Source: Auanema rhodensis
Lineage: Eukaryota; Animalia; Nematoda
NCBI GenBank assembly: GCA_964057225.1
Contig: OZ059900.1
Coordinates: 13,640,001-13,704,000 of the forward strand
Length of the DNA stretch: 64,000 bases
Direction of reading: 5' to 3'
The notes under the pieces are model-generated. The model did no database searches, had not been told where the DNA came from, and saw only the letters and a program-made list of their open reading frames with translations. The stretch's first letter is position 1. Each line of letters starts with the position of its first letter. The translations under genes and the position numbers were made by a program. Below are positions 1-10,706 of this stretch, piece by piece.

Positions 1-960
1 TATAATCGCATTTACTCATCTCACTCAATATATTTGTTGGTCTTGATTGATTGAAATGAGAATACACTTTTGTTTCTATAATTATACAATTCTCTTTCAA
101 ATATCTTTTGTGATAGAAAACACTAGCAAACCTATTTGGGTAGTTCTCAGATATTTTGCTATTTGTAAACCATTGATATTCACTATGCTTTACAAGTGTT
201 CCATATTCACATATCTTAGTAATTATCATTTCTCTACACTCTACTACGGTCCAAGCTCTATTATTTAATTCTTTTTCAATCAGATGTTCATAACCTGAAA
301 TATCTGTATACATAGTTACTTCTGACACTAACTTCTTACACAACTTTGCCTCACTTGAGTATTGGATTATATTAGGTTTAAAAACTTCATACTGAACTAC
401 TTCAGTTCTGTTTTCCATTACTTAATTACATTTTGGTAGTTTTGATAGTTTGAAGTATTGTGTTGGAGAATTTTCTGTACAAATAATTGTTTCAGTATTA
501 GGGAATGTTTATAAAGCTAAAAATAATATAAGTTTGAGCAACTTTTTCTTGTAGTTCATTAATTAATACTTTTTTCATAAAATGTATCGAAGATTTCTCT
601 TGATTATTTTATGTGTCCATCCTTTGAGCATCCTGTTGCTAGTGCGAATCAATTAAAAAAACACATATTGTATTCAACATTCTCCAAACTTATGATAAAT
701 CTAGATTTTTTAATATAATCCTGCAATTGTAGTTTACTACCAATCGGAAAATCTAATCTAGTGATGTTAACACCCACTGCATAAACTCCAAAACTCATAG
801 TTTTTGAATCTGCTCGGCTCTTAGTTAAATGCATTGATTCTTGTGTAATTTTATGTTTGATACTTCTCAGATCTTCAGCATTTTTCATCAAAACAGGTTT
901 ATTATTAATAAATTTTATTAATTATTGATAAACATATTTTTTCAAAAAGATGGTTACTAC
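1..960 (-). pseudogene. Decayed Polinton/Maverick (adintovirus-like) DNA polymerase B N-terminal region
   Basis: Minus-strand translation IGSKLQLQDYIKKSRFIISLENVEYNMCFFN*FALA resembles the 'G..L.LP.YI..K..II.L..N.CF..C.A' segment seen upstream of the exonuclease domain in Polinton-type PolB ORFs. It is intronless, interrupted by stops, and lies beside a second Polinton-like gene. Confidence 0.5.
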
Positions 961-1004
961 TTCAGAATCTTCGATTCCTAAGTCCCCTAGACTGGTAGAA
1001 ATCT

Positions 1005-1972
1005 ATGGTCCCAAGAAAAGAAATGAGATTGTTTAATCATTCTTGAAAAAAACGAAAGAACACTAATTCAAGAATTTAGAAAACCGTAGCAATCTGGAAA
1101 GCGTAGAAGATCATAGAATTGAAGTATTCGAACCAATATTAGAATCTAATAAAAAGTTACAAGAAAAAATAATTGATGAAAAGAATAAAATAGTTCAAAC
1201 TCTTAATTCATTTAAAGAACTTCAAAGTCAACCACAACTTCTACATCCTCAAACACCTAAGCAAATCCAAAATAGTTCAAACTCTTAATTCATTTAAAGA
1301 ACTTCAAAGTCAACCACAAATTCTACATCCTCAAACACCTAAGCAAATCCAAAATAGTTCAAACAAATTGTCATCTGCATCAATCAAAGTCAGTAATCTG
1401 ATTGCTACTTATCTTCAAGATATTAGAGATGAAAGTATTGTAGGATATTATATAAGGTACTCTTCCCAAAGAGAGAAGGGATATACAATTGGAATTAAAG
1501 ACATATTTTAAGAGGATAATACGATAGAGATCAATAATTCCGTTTATATAGCAACACCTGGTCTAATGGGATTATTAACCCAGAAATCTCCTGATTTCAA
1601 TAAAATTAAGAATGATGATACCCAAAATTATCGAGAAATCTTGTTTTGTTCGAATGCTTTCAATCAAGGTTTCAACAAAGATTCAAAAAAATATAAAGCA
1701 GATGCTAGTGATAAATGGAAGTTCATAAAAGAACATTATTTTGTTCCCAAAGGTCAAGCTACTGTGAGTAGTGTAACTAAACAATCTTCACTGCAAACTA
1801 AGCAAGGAAATTCTCAACTTACGCTAGGAAGCTCGCTGCTTATGCAAAGTCCAGCTAGTGAAAGTAGTGTTCCCAAAGGTCAAGTAAGTGAAGGTAGTTC
1901 AATATCATTTCATCCTAAAGATTTAAATTCTCTTATTGATTCTTTAAGACTTTCAGTTGCTTCATATCAAGT
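1005..1972 (+). pseudogene. Decayed Polinton/adintovirus conserved hypothetical gene
   Basis: Motifs YIATPGLMGLLTQKSP..D.QNYREILFCSNA...KWKFIK and C-terminal ISFHPKDLNSLIDSLRLSVASYQ match the 'TPGLWELL' and 'LP.DPNEL.DRL.LL.AS' signatures typical of a Polinton-associated protein. Disrupted by stops and an 82-bp duplication. Confidence 0.6.
1187..1364 (+). repeat. 82-bp tandem duplication bounded by AAAATAGTTCAAAC
   Basis: TAGTTCAAAC recurs at 1191, 1273 and 1355 (period 82); the two units are nearly identical. Confidence 0.95.
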
Positions 1973-2873
1973 CTTTCTTTTTTTTTCATATCTTTCTTTA
2001 CGTATGCTCTAGAAACAACATTAGGAAAATCTTCTGATACACCTATTCTTTCAAGTTTTTCACTCCAAATAGTATCATCTAAATTGATTGCTATGCTTTT
2101 GCATTCACATTTACATTCCGATGTTTAGTGAAAGCATATTTATAACTGCATTTGTCACTTTGAGATAACTTCGATTCATCAATGGTTGCAATCATTTTTT
2201 CTAAAGCATCCAAATAATTTTGAGCTGTTTCTTTTCTGTAATAAATGTAATTTTATAATAATATAATTTTTTGTGTATTCCAATATTTCCGAAAAAACAA
2301 GATTTTTATTACCGTTAATCTTTTGAATATCATTTACAAAGGATTGCAATTTTAATTGACTCACTTATATATTCAATTTTTTTTCTTTATTTTTTCAATA
2401 TGGGAATATTGTAAAGTATATTGGAAAATTAATACAGTACAGCAAGATTGAGTATAGCAAGGCAATGTAATTTGGTATTGTAAAAAATACTTTATATAAA
2501 TGGAAGTCCATAATCTCATTAAAGAGCTTAAAACGTATGATTTCTAAAAGAATAGTATATAGTATTTCATAAGAAAACAGAGATATCTCCGAAAACCATA
2601 AAAAAATATTTAACTCAATATAACATACGACATAACACCAAATGTGTGAAACATCTTGGTAATACAGATTCTTTAGGTATATTTTGCTTATATTATACTC
2701 CGAATTCTTGTGATTCACCTAAATTGAATGAAGATTCTAATAAATTTAATAAGATAGTAGAATCGAAGATTCCTAGATCTGAGGGATTAGTAGATATTTC
2801 TGAAGTAACAAAAAAAATAACACCGGAAGAACAAATTGCTTACATTCAGAAAAGTATTCATTTTTTTATTTAT

Positions 2874-4015
2874 CTATTTCTCAAATATCTGCTTAGCCTC
2901 ACAACTAATTCACTTCTTGATACTTTCTTGTAATACTATGAAAAAACATGAATAACTCATTGTTAAGAAAAAAAAACAGTTTTTTCTTTATTGACATACC
3001 CATGTAATGACTTGAGCGCTGATCTCAGTTTTTGTATCTTTTTCGAGCATTTCTTCATTTTGTGAATGAATACTATGAAGAATCGCAAACTGAGCGTGTC
3101 CCATGTATGGCGTGAAGAAACCTAAAAAATTGAATAATTCGAATAATTTAAAGATCAACACCTGTTTGTTCAATATTGCGCATATGAACATGAGAAAAAA
3201 GGGAAAACTGCAAATCTTCATAAATCTCAGTCAACTGGCCAATCTGTAGTAATGTATAACTAAAGAATGAACAGAGTAATTCAAAATGTTAATGTACAGC
3301 AGAAAGTAATCTTAAAATAAAATATTTCATCATGTCAGGCAATTTTCAATTCACGTCATCTAGATACTTATCAATTTGCAGTGAAATGTCTAAAAGTTCT
3401 TGAATATTGCCCAAGGAGTTCTGAGAATCAAGTTGTATGTAGCTGTTATCTTTCCAAAAAAAGTTGAAAAAGTTTGAAATGATATCAATTTCATCAATAT
3501 TCTTATTCTGAAACTATGTTCTTTGATATCGCTCACGAAATGAACCAACTTCCAGGATAGAAGCAATTGTTTGTAGTAAAGTTTTGATCTCACTTATCGA
3601 ATACTTCTTATTGGAAGCTACATACTTTTTTTCAATCTTAATGAGTAAAGCTATGCTTATTCAGACAATAACAGCTATACCAGACTATTCACTGATGAAG
3701 CAAACTTTATATGATGAAGAATCCTTTCTGTATCTTTTTCTTCAAATGATAAATCACAATATGATGAAGCTTCATCAATAAACTTTTGGGCGCTTCCTTG
3801 AATTTTTGATAGAATAGTTTGATTCTCTGAGAAATACTTCATTAGATTGAGCATGATTAACTGATGTATACCTTCATTTCTCATCATCCGATCATATATC
3901 AGCGTGCAAATAGTATGAAATATTGTAGCACTACAATCTTTGGTCTGGAATATAACGAGATAGACTAGTGCAAACGAAGATAATTCTTACCATGCTTTTC
4001 AGAATATTTAACCTA
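2874..4015 (-). pseudogene. Inverted, internally deleted genomic copy of the huntingtin 3' region
   Basis: Reverse-complement matches: ~2874-2987 to ~20174-20288, 2987-3287 to 18260-18560, and 3285-4015 to 16450-17180. Identical ORF translations appear in the track (3675..3887 vs 16578..16790; 3390..3593 vs 16872..17075). Introns are retained. Confidence 0.95.
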
Positions 4016-4112
4016 GCAGCATTGACCTCTTGTCGATTTGTAGCAGCATTGACCTCTTGTCGATTTGTAGCAGCATTGACCTCGTGTCGATTCGTAGCAG
4101 CATTGACCTCGT
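4014..4112 (+). repeat. 27-bp minisatellite, ~3.6 copies (TAGCAGCATTGACCTCTTGTCGATTTG)
   Basis: Direct reading; also visible as repeated peptides in ORFs 4008..4232 and 4013..4321. Confidence 0.95.
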
Positions 4113-4349
4113 GATTTCCAGGCTAGAGTGGAAGGCAGAAACGGAGAGGAAGGCGAGAAACTGCCAACATCGCATTCTTCCATTAACTGTTGTGAATATA
4201 AAAGAGACTTCCTTTTTTTCCGTAGTTCGCATTGATTTCGTGATTTCCCATCCGTGATTATTATTGTTTTTTTCTCCTCAACTTTGAGTTTGTAAACAGT
4301 TTTTGCTACTTTCTCTCTCAAATTAATCGAATATGTTTCATTAATTCAG

Positions 4350-5180
4350 CTTCATTAGCTCAGTGTTATATAATGACGAACTGGCGCCACGATCCACGGA
4401 TTAAGCAGTTGTTGGAAAAGGAGACGATAGAGACGTTTTTTAAAAAATACTTTCAAAGCGTATGTGAAAAAAATGAAGTTCAAGAGATGGAAGAAATACT
4501 GCGGAATGCGTTGAGAAAGTATGATAAGAAGGACGAGCTTTTTGAGGTTGGTTTATATATTATTTATATATTATGTCTCTATACATTTCAGAAACTTCTG
4601 GAGAACAATGTGAAAGAAGTAGAACCACTCATGCAAGAATGCTTGGACTCTCTTTGTGATGTAAGTGGTTCTTCTAACGATTAAATCAGTATTTATTATT
4701 TCAGAAGACTAAAGATCACACTCCGGACAATATGCTGACTTGGTCAAAGCTCTTTTTAAAAGTTGCTGATTACCGACTTGCATGTGAAGTTCTGTGGTAT
4801 ACTGCCGAACTCGGCATCCAAGGTAATTTTATTTATTAATATTCATGCAATGTATTCTTTTTAAGAGTTCATCAAGACTCATCAGCTAAAAATAAAAATA
4901 CGTTCACATAATGGAAAAAGAATGTTCGCGAGGGAGCTTTCGGACGAAATCGGAAATCAATTTGCTGTATTCGAATGGTAAGTGTAGAAGTTGTGGTCCA
5001 TTTTGTGTATTATTTGTTTCAGTTGTCATTTGTCATTTTATACAAACGACCACAACGCGGACGATGTGCACGCTGCCTTCGTACAAGCGAATGACTTTGT
5101 CCGAAAACTTCGGGCGTACCAAATAACCGATGAAAAGAGGAAAGAATTGGAAAAGGAAAATTTGTCTGTATGTCAGCTCT
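4350..5180 (+). CDS. Multi-exon ORF of unknown family, copy 1 (probable BEL/Pao accessory gene, truncated)
   Basis: Removing short GT-AG introns (~4547-4591, ~4661-4704, ~4823-4865, ~4978-5021) gives a continuous frame MTNWRHDPRIKQLLEKE...KVADYRLACEVLWYTAELGIQ...HNGKRMFARELSDEIGNQFAVFE...FVRKLRAY. Paralogous copies lie at 7430-7885(-) and 8900-9582(+). Confidence 0.6.
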
Positions 5181-5181
5181 G

Positions 5182-5949
5182 ATTTGTAAACCATTGATAT
5201 TCACTATGCTTTACAAGTGTTCCATATTCACATATCTTAGTAATTATCATTTCTCTACACTGTACTATGGTCCAAGCTCTATTATTTATTTCTTTTTCAA
5301 TCAGATGTTCATAACCTGAAATATCTGTATACATAGTTACTTCTGACACTAACTTCTTACACAACTTTGCCTCACTTGAGTATTGGATTATATTAGGTTT
5401 AAAAACTTCATACTGAACTACTTCAGTTCTGTTTTCCATTACTTAATTACATTTTGGTAGTTTTGATAGTTTGAAGTATTGTGTTGGAGAATTTTCTGTA
5501 CAAATAATTGTTTCAGTATTAGGGAATGTTTATAAATCTAAAAATAATATTAGTTTGAGCAACTTTTTCTTGTAGTCGCACTAGCAACAGGATGCTCAAA
5601 GGATGGACACATAAAATAATCAAGAGAAATCTTCGATACATTTTATGAAAAAAGTATTAATTAATGAACTACAAGAAAATGTTGCTCAAACTAATATTAT
5701 TTTTAGCTTTATAAACATTCACTAATAGTAAACCAATTATTTGTACAGAAAATTCTCCAACACAATACTTCAAACTATCAAAACTACCAAAATGTAATTA
5801 AGTAATGGAAAACAGAATTGAAGTAATTCAGTATGAAGTTTTTAAACCTAATATAATCCAATACTCAAGCGAGGCAAAGTTGTGTAAGAAGTTAGTGTCA
5901 GAAATTATGTATACAGATATTTCAGGTTATGAACATCTGATTGAAAAAG
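5182..5949. repeat. Fold-back inversion of the Polinton fragment
   Basis: 5182-5576 is a direct copy of 161-555 and 5576-5949 is the reverse complement of 271-647. This creates inverted arms ~5292-5576 and ~5668-5949 with a ~90-bp spacer. Confidence 0.95.
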
Positions 5950-5975
5950 TCAATTGTGTGAAAAGTATGAAAATG

Positions 5976-6335
5976 ACTTAAAAAATATACAAATTATTCA
6001 TGAAAACAGGAAATGAAAAATGAGAAAAGAAATTTATTATAATTTATTTATAATTTATAATTCATTTTATTTAGAAACAATAGTAGTATACTATAGAGGG
6101 ATTATAACTGTTTTTCAACATCTCAGCCGTTTAGATACATTTTCATTCTCTGAAGTCAGACAATCACCTCATTTACAATACTTTTTAGAAAAAAGTGAAA
6201 AATAGGTGAATTTTCGAAGCACTGAAATTTGCTAACTTCAACCAATTTTTTGTCATTTTCAACCAGTTTTGGGTCGGGATGTCGATTTCATTTTTCATTC
6301 CCTGTTTTCATAAATAAATTGTATATTTTTTTAGT
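5976..6335. repeat. Imperfect ~45-bp inverted repeat pair (MITE-like)
   Basis: AAAAAATATACAAATTATTCATGAAAACAGGAAATGAAAAATGA (~5980-6023) versus its reverse complement with a few mismatches at ~6288-6331. No clear target-site duplication. Confidence 0.55.
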
Positions 6336-6339
6336 ATCT

Positions 6340-6640
6340 TCCTTCAGAAGGAACCAACAATAGAAACGTTCATAGTTTTCTCTTTTCAAAATATTAACAA
6401 CGTCTTCAACTTGTAAAATATCATGTCTGTCGATTTACTTGATTCTTTGTCTTGTTTGTGATAGTTGTTAATTCTTTTTTCAATGATTTCTTCATCTATT
6501 TTCAAAGTGTATGAAGTTTTCGAAGATCTTTGTTTCAGATAGTATTCAAAGCCTTTAATTTGAAATTGGTATAAAATATGTATACTCAAACCCGGTAGAT
6601 AAACAGCATCTTCATACATATCTAAATTGAAAGTGTAAAA
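6340..6640 (-). pseudogene. Possible further Polinton PolB fragment
   Basis: DMYEDAVYLPGLSIHILYQF resembles the 'D.F...SLPGLS' linker of protein-primed PolB; weak. Confidence 0.3.
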
Positions 6641-6888
6641 TAATTATTTCTGTTTTAAAAGTGTCTCAAATTAAAAGAACATAAAATTAAATTTCATGAT
6701 TTAGTACAATAAACTGCTTAAGTTCGATATTCGAATAATAATAAAAATAATAAAAGACAAACTTTCAAGTAGAATAGACGTAGATTTCACGTTTTGTTAT
6801 TCGACCGCTTATTCACGTTCGAAAGTTTTAAATAAAATATACTGTTTATCATGTTTCTTCATTTATTTTTATTTATCCTTTATTCTAT

Positions 6889-8475
6889 TTATGAAATTTC
6901 GATTTCATTCAAAACATTCTCAAGAACCCAAAAATTATCTTTCATTTTCAATTGAATAATTTCATTAAACATAAAATATTTATTTATTTTTTTACCGCAT
7001 GGGCAGATCATAAAATTATATTTTCTTAATTTACAAAATTTGCATAATTTTGTTTTCTTACAGTCACCTTTGTGTCTGTTGATGCATTGCAGGCACAATT
7101 TTAATGATACTGCGCGTGTGAATTTGGTCACTTTGAAACAGTATTTTCCACATCTTTCACTCGAGTGATTTTTGTAACAAAATCGGCAGTTTTCTTTTCT
7201 TTCTTCCAGATCTTTTTTGAAACATGGTGGTTTTTTCTTCAAGGTTCATTTTCCTTTTAAATATTCAGTTAAATTTATATTTTTACCTCTTCAACACATT
7301 CTTTATGTACAAATTTCCAAAGTTCTCGAGCACTTTCAAGGAGTAGATCAACTTTGGACTTCATTATGCTCATTTCTTCTTTTAGATTTTCTAAGGTCTC
7401 CATTTCTTTCTCCTCCTCATCTAATAATTTCTCGAAAACTTCCTCGCGAAGCGTCTTTTTCCATTATGTGAACGTATTTTTATTTTTACCTGAAGAGTCG
7501 TGATGAACTCTTAAAAAGAATACATTGCATGAATATTAATAAATAAAACTACCTTGGATGCCGAGTACGGCAGTACACCACAACACTTCACATGCGAGTC
7601 GGTAATCCGCAATTTTTATGAAGAACTTCGACATTGTAAGCATACTATCCGGAGTGTGATTATTGCCACGAGTCATGTTCTTCTGAAACAATAAATACTG
7701 ATTTAATCGATACAAAAACCACTTACATCACAGTACTTTTTCCATTTCTTGAACTTCATGTTTTCCATATACACTTTGAAAGTTTTTTTTTAAAAAGACT
7801 CTCTAGCGTCTCCTTTTCCAACAACTTTTTAATCCGTGGATCGTGGCGCCAGTTCGTCATTATATAATACTGAGCCAATGAAGCTGAATTTATGAAGCAT
7901 ATTCGATTAATTCGAAAGGGAATGTAGCAAAAACTGTTTACAAATCACGAAATCAATGCGAACTACGGAAGAAAAGGAAATCTCTTTTCTATTCACAACA
8001 GTTAATGGAAGAATGCGATGTTGGCAGTTTCTCGCCTTCATGTGCGTCTCTTCCTTCCACTCTGGCCTGGAGATCATCTCAAGATCAATTCTACAACGAA
8101 TTACGGAAGAAATATTATATGGATTGTATTCAAGTAGAATGAATAATTGATCTACACGATCTACATCTATGTGATCTACACGATCTACATAATTTTGTTT
8201 TTTTAATGATTTTTTTTTCAATGTTAGAAAAACTTTTTATGATTTTTTAATAAACCATTTTCGATATGTACGTTTTCTACATCAGAAGCAGAATCATCAG
8301 ATAAGTGTTGGTCATCGTTAATATTCATTTCTAACGGTATTAATGAATTTATGGATTTATTCAAAGAGTTTCCTTCTGAATTCCTCACTATGGCTGTTCT
8401 TATTAGTTTATCTGGTGAAACTATTAAATTTTCATAAATTGCTAAAGGTCATTTATTTCGTTTTGTGTTACTCTG
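6889..8475 (-). mobile_element. 3' part of a BEL/Pao LTR retrotransposon: integrase C-terminal (DUF5641-like) region, spliced accessory ORF, Cys/His knuckle region
   Basis: 8475->8325 translates KRNK*PLAIYENLIVSPDKLIRTAIVRNSEGNSLNKSINSLIPLE, matching the BEL/Pao pol tail 'PR..W.LA.I..L..S.DG.IR.A.V...G..L.R..N.L.PLE'. 6889..7242 has CRFCYKNHSSERC...LCLQCINRHKGDC...CKFC...ICP, a BEL/Pao-type triple Cys/His array. LTRs were not identified. Confidence 0.65.
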
Positions 8476-9345
8476 AAGTCAGAAGGAAACTCTTTGAATA
8501 AATCCATAAATTCATTAATACCGTTAGAAATGAATATTAACGATGACCAACACTTATCTGATGATTCTGCTTCTGATGTAGAAAACGTACATATCGAAAA
8601 TGGTTTATTAAAAAATCATAAAAAGTTCTTCTAACATTGAAAAAAAAATCATTAAAAAAACAAAATTATGTAGATCGTGTAGATCACATAGATGTAGATC
8701 GTGTAGATCACATAGATGTAGATCGTGTAGATCACATAGATGTAGATCGTGTAGATCAATTATTCATTCTACTTGAATACAATCCATATAATATTTCTTC
8801 CGTAGTTCGTTGTAGAATTGATCTTGAGATGATCTCCAGGCCAGAGTGGAAGGAAGAGACGCACATGAAGGCGAGAAACTGCCAACATCGCATTCTTCCA
8901 GCTTCATTGGCTCAGTATTATATAATGACGAACTGGCGCCACGATCCACGGATTAAAAAGTTGTTGGAAAAGGAGACGCTAGAGAGTCTTTTTAAAAAAA
9001 ACTTTCAAAGTGTATATGGAAAACATGAAGTTCAAGAAATGGAAAAAGTACTGTGATGTAAGTGGTTTTTGTATCGATTAAATCAGTATTTATTGTTTCA
9101 GAAGAACATGACTCGTGGCAATAATCACACTCCGGATAGTATGCTTACAATGTCGAAGTTCTTCATAAAAGTTGCGGATTACCGACTCGCATGTGAAGTG
9201 TTGTGGTGTACTGCCGTACTCGGCATCCAAGGTAGTTTTATTCATTAATATTCATGCAATGTATTCTTTTTAAGAGTTCATCACGACTCATTAAGTAAAA
9301 ATAAAAATACGTTCACATAATGGAAAAAGAAGGTTCGCGAGGGAG
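7430..9345. repeat. ~0.9-kb-arm fold-back inverted repeat with ~100-bp spacer
   Basis: The left arm ends TCAAAGAGTTTCCTTCTGA (8379) and the right arm starts TCAGAAGGAAACTCTTTGA (8479). Arms differ by SNPs, 24-bp repeat copy number and one deletion in the right arm at ~8900. Confidence 0.95.
8670..8758 (+). repeat. 24-bp minisatellite GTAGATCGTGTAGATCACATAGAT (~3.6 copies; VDRVDHID)
   Basis: Direct reading; only ~1.6 copies occur in the opposite arm (8148-8190). Confidence 0.95.
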
Positions 9346-9786
9346 CTTTCGGACGAAATCGGAAATCAATTTGCTGTTTTCGAATTGTAAGTGTAGAAGT
9401 TGTGGTTCATTTTGTGTATTATTTGTTTCAGTTGTCATTTGTCATTTTATACTAATAACCACAACGCTAAAGATGTTGACGCTGCATTCAACCAAGCAAA
9501 CCACTTTGTTCGAAAACTTCGGACGTTCCATTTAACCGAGGAAAAGAGAAAAGAATTGGAAAGGGGGAGTTACACCTACTAGTCTTGTCGGTGATGTGCT
9601 ACAAAGCTAAGCTTGATGTTGAACAGTGTTTAAATTAATTAATTAATCAGTTCATTGTAAATAAATATTTGAAGAAAAACACTTAAAAAATTTATTGAAT
9701 ATTCAAAAACTTGATACAATTTTTTAAAAATAACATAATCATACAGAATACATATTGATAATTGAATGGTTAGTGAAAATATAATA

Positions 9787-10449
9787 TTAGGTGTGCGCAA
9801 AAGTTTCTGGCCCTACTCGCGCTCACATGCATTCACCTCATAATTTCGAAACGTTTTTCCAGAAACTTATAAAAATAATACTGTTTATTTTCACAGATGA
9901 GGATGCACGTTGTCATGTTGAAGAAAGATTTTCTTCGGTGTGCGTGGGCGTTTTAATGAAACACCGTTGAATTTGTTCAGAATAGATCCTAGTAATCAAT
10001 ATCTCATCCTAATTCAACAATTTCTCAAAAAAATATTCCTTTTTCATTCCAAAAACAACATAACATCACGTTTACGGGGGTCAGTTTTTTGGTTTTAGAT
10101 TTTAGAGGTACTACTTCACCAGGAGTGATGAAAAATTTCATATACAGGTACTATAAGAAGTAATATCTTTGATATGAGAGGTTTGAAGAAGATTATGAGT
10201 TTTCGAAACATTCAAACCTTGCTTCAAATACAGCTCAAAACAATAAAGCATGTAAGCATAGTAGAAAGCCATTTTGGAAAACGCGAGAAAAAGCTAAATT
10301 AAAAGATGAAAAATGAAATTTTTTAAATAATTTCAATTAAAAATACTTTAACAAATATAATTATGAATTTGGTTTCTGGCTATTTTTAATTTAGAAATTT
10401 TTATTCAAATTTTTAATGCGGATGGCCAGAAACTTTTGCGCACACCTAA
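9787..10449 (-). mobile_element. Non-autonomous mariner deletion derivative
   Basis: Perfect 26-bp TIRs TTAGGTGTGCGCAAAAGTTTCTGGCC (9787-9812 and 10424-10449) with TA on both flanks. Internal relics FLQHDNVHPH and VML..FWNEK lie on the minus strand. Confidence 0.92.
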
Positions 10450-10706
10450 TATAATTAGATTACAACGAACAACTTCTTTCATTAAACTTATTCAATTATA
10501 TTGATTATATGTTGATAATTTGGTGAAAATTGCAAAAAACGGTTGACTTTCTCCACGGACTAAAATTCTCAATGTTCTTATATACCGTATACTTGATTAG
10601 TTCGCTCCAAGACTAATAGTTTTTTTTTTAAAAGTCGTTACAATTTATATAATTTGTCAATATTTTTTGGTCATATTTATTTTATATTATTTATTTCGAA
10701 TTAAAT

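Noticed and set aside
2874-4015. Processed (retro) pseudogene of huntingtin
   Set aside because: Introns and downstream non-coding DNA are retained, and the deletions do not match splice sites.
4014-4112. 27-bp (and 24-bp at 8670-8758) repeats as a CRISPR-like array
   Set aside because: Head-to-tail units with no unique spacers in a eukaryotic context; these are minisatellites.
9555-9600. Polypurine tract/LTR start (GGAAAGGGGGAG)
   Set aside because: Not followed by TG, and no matching second LTR was found in the window.
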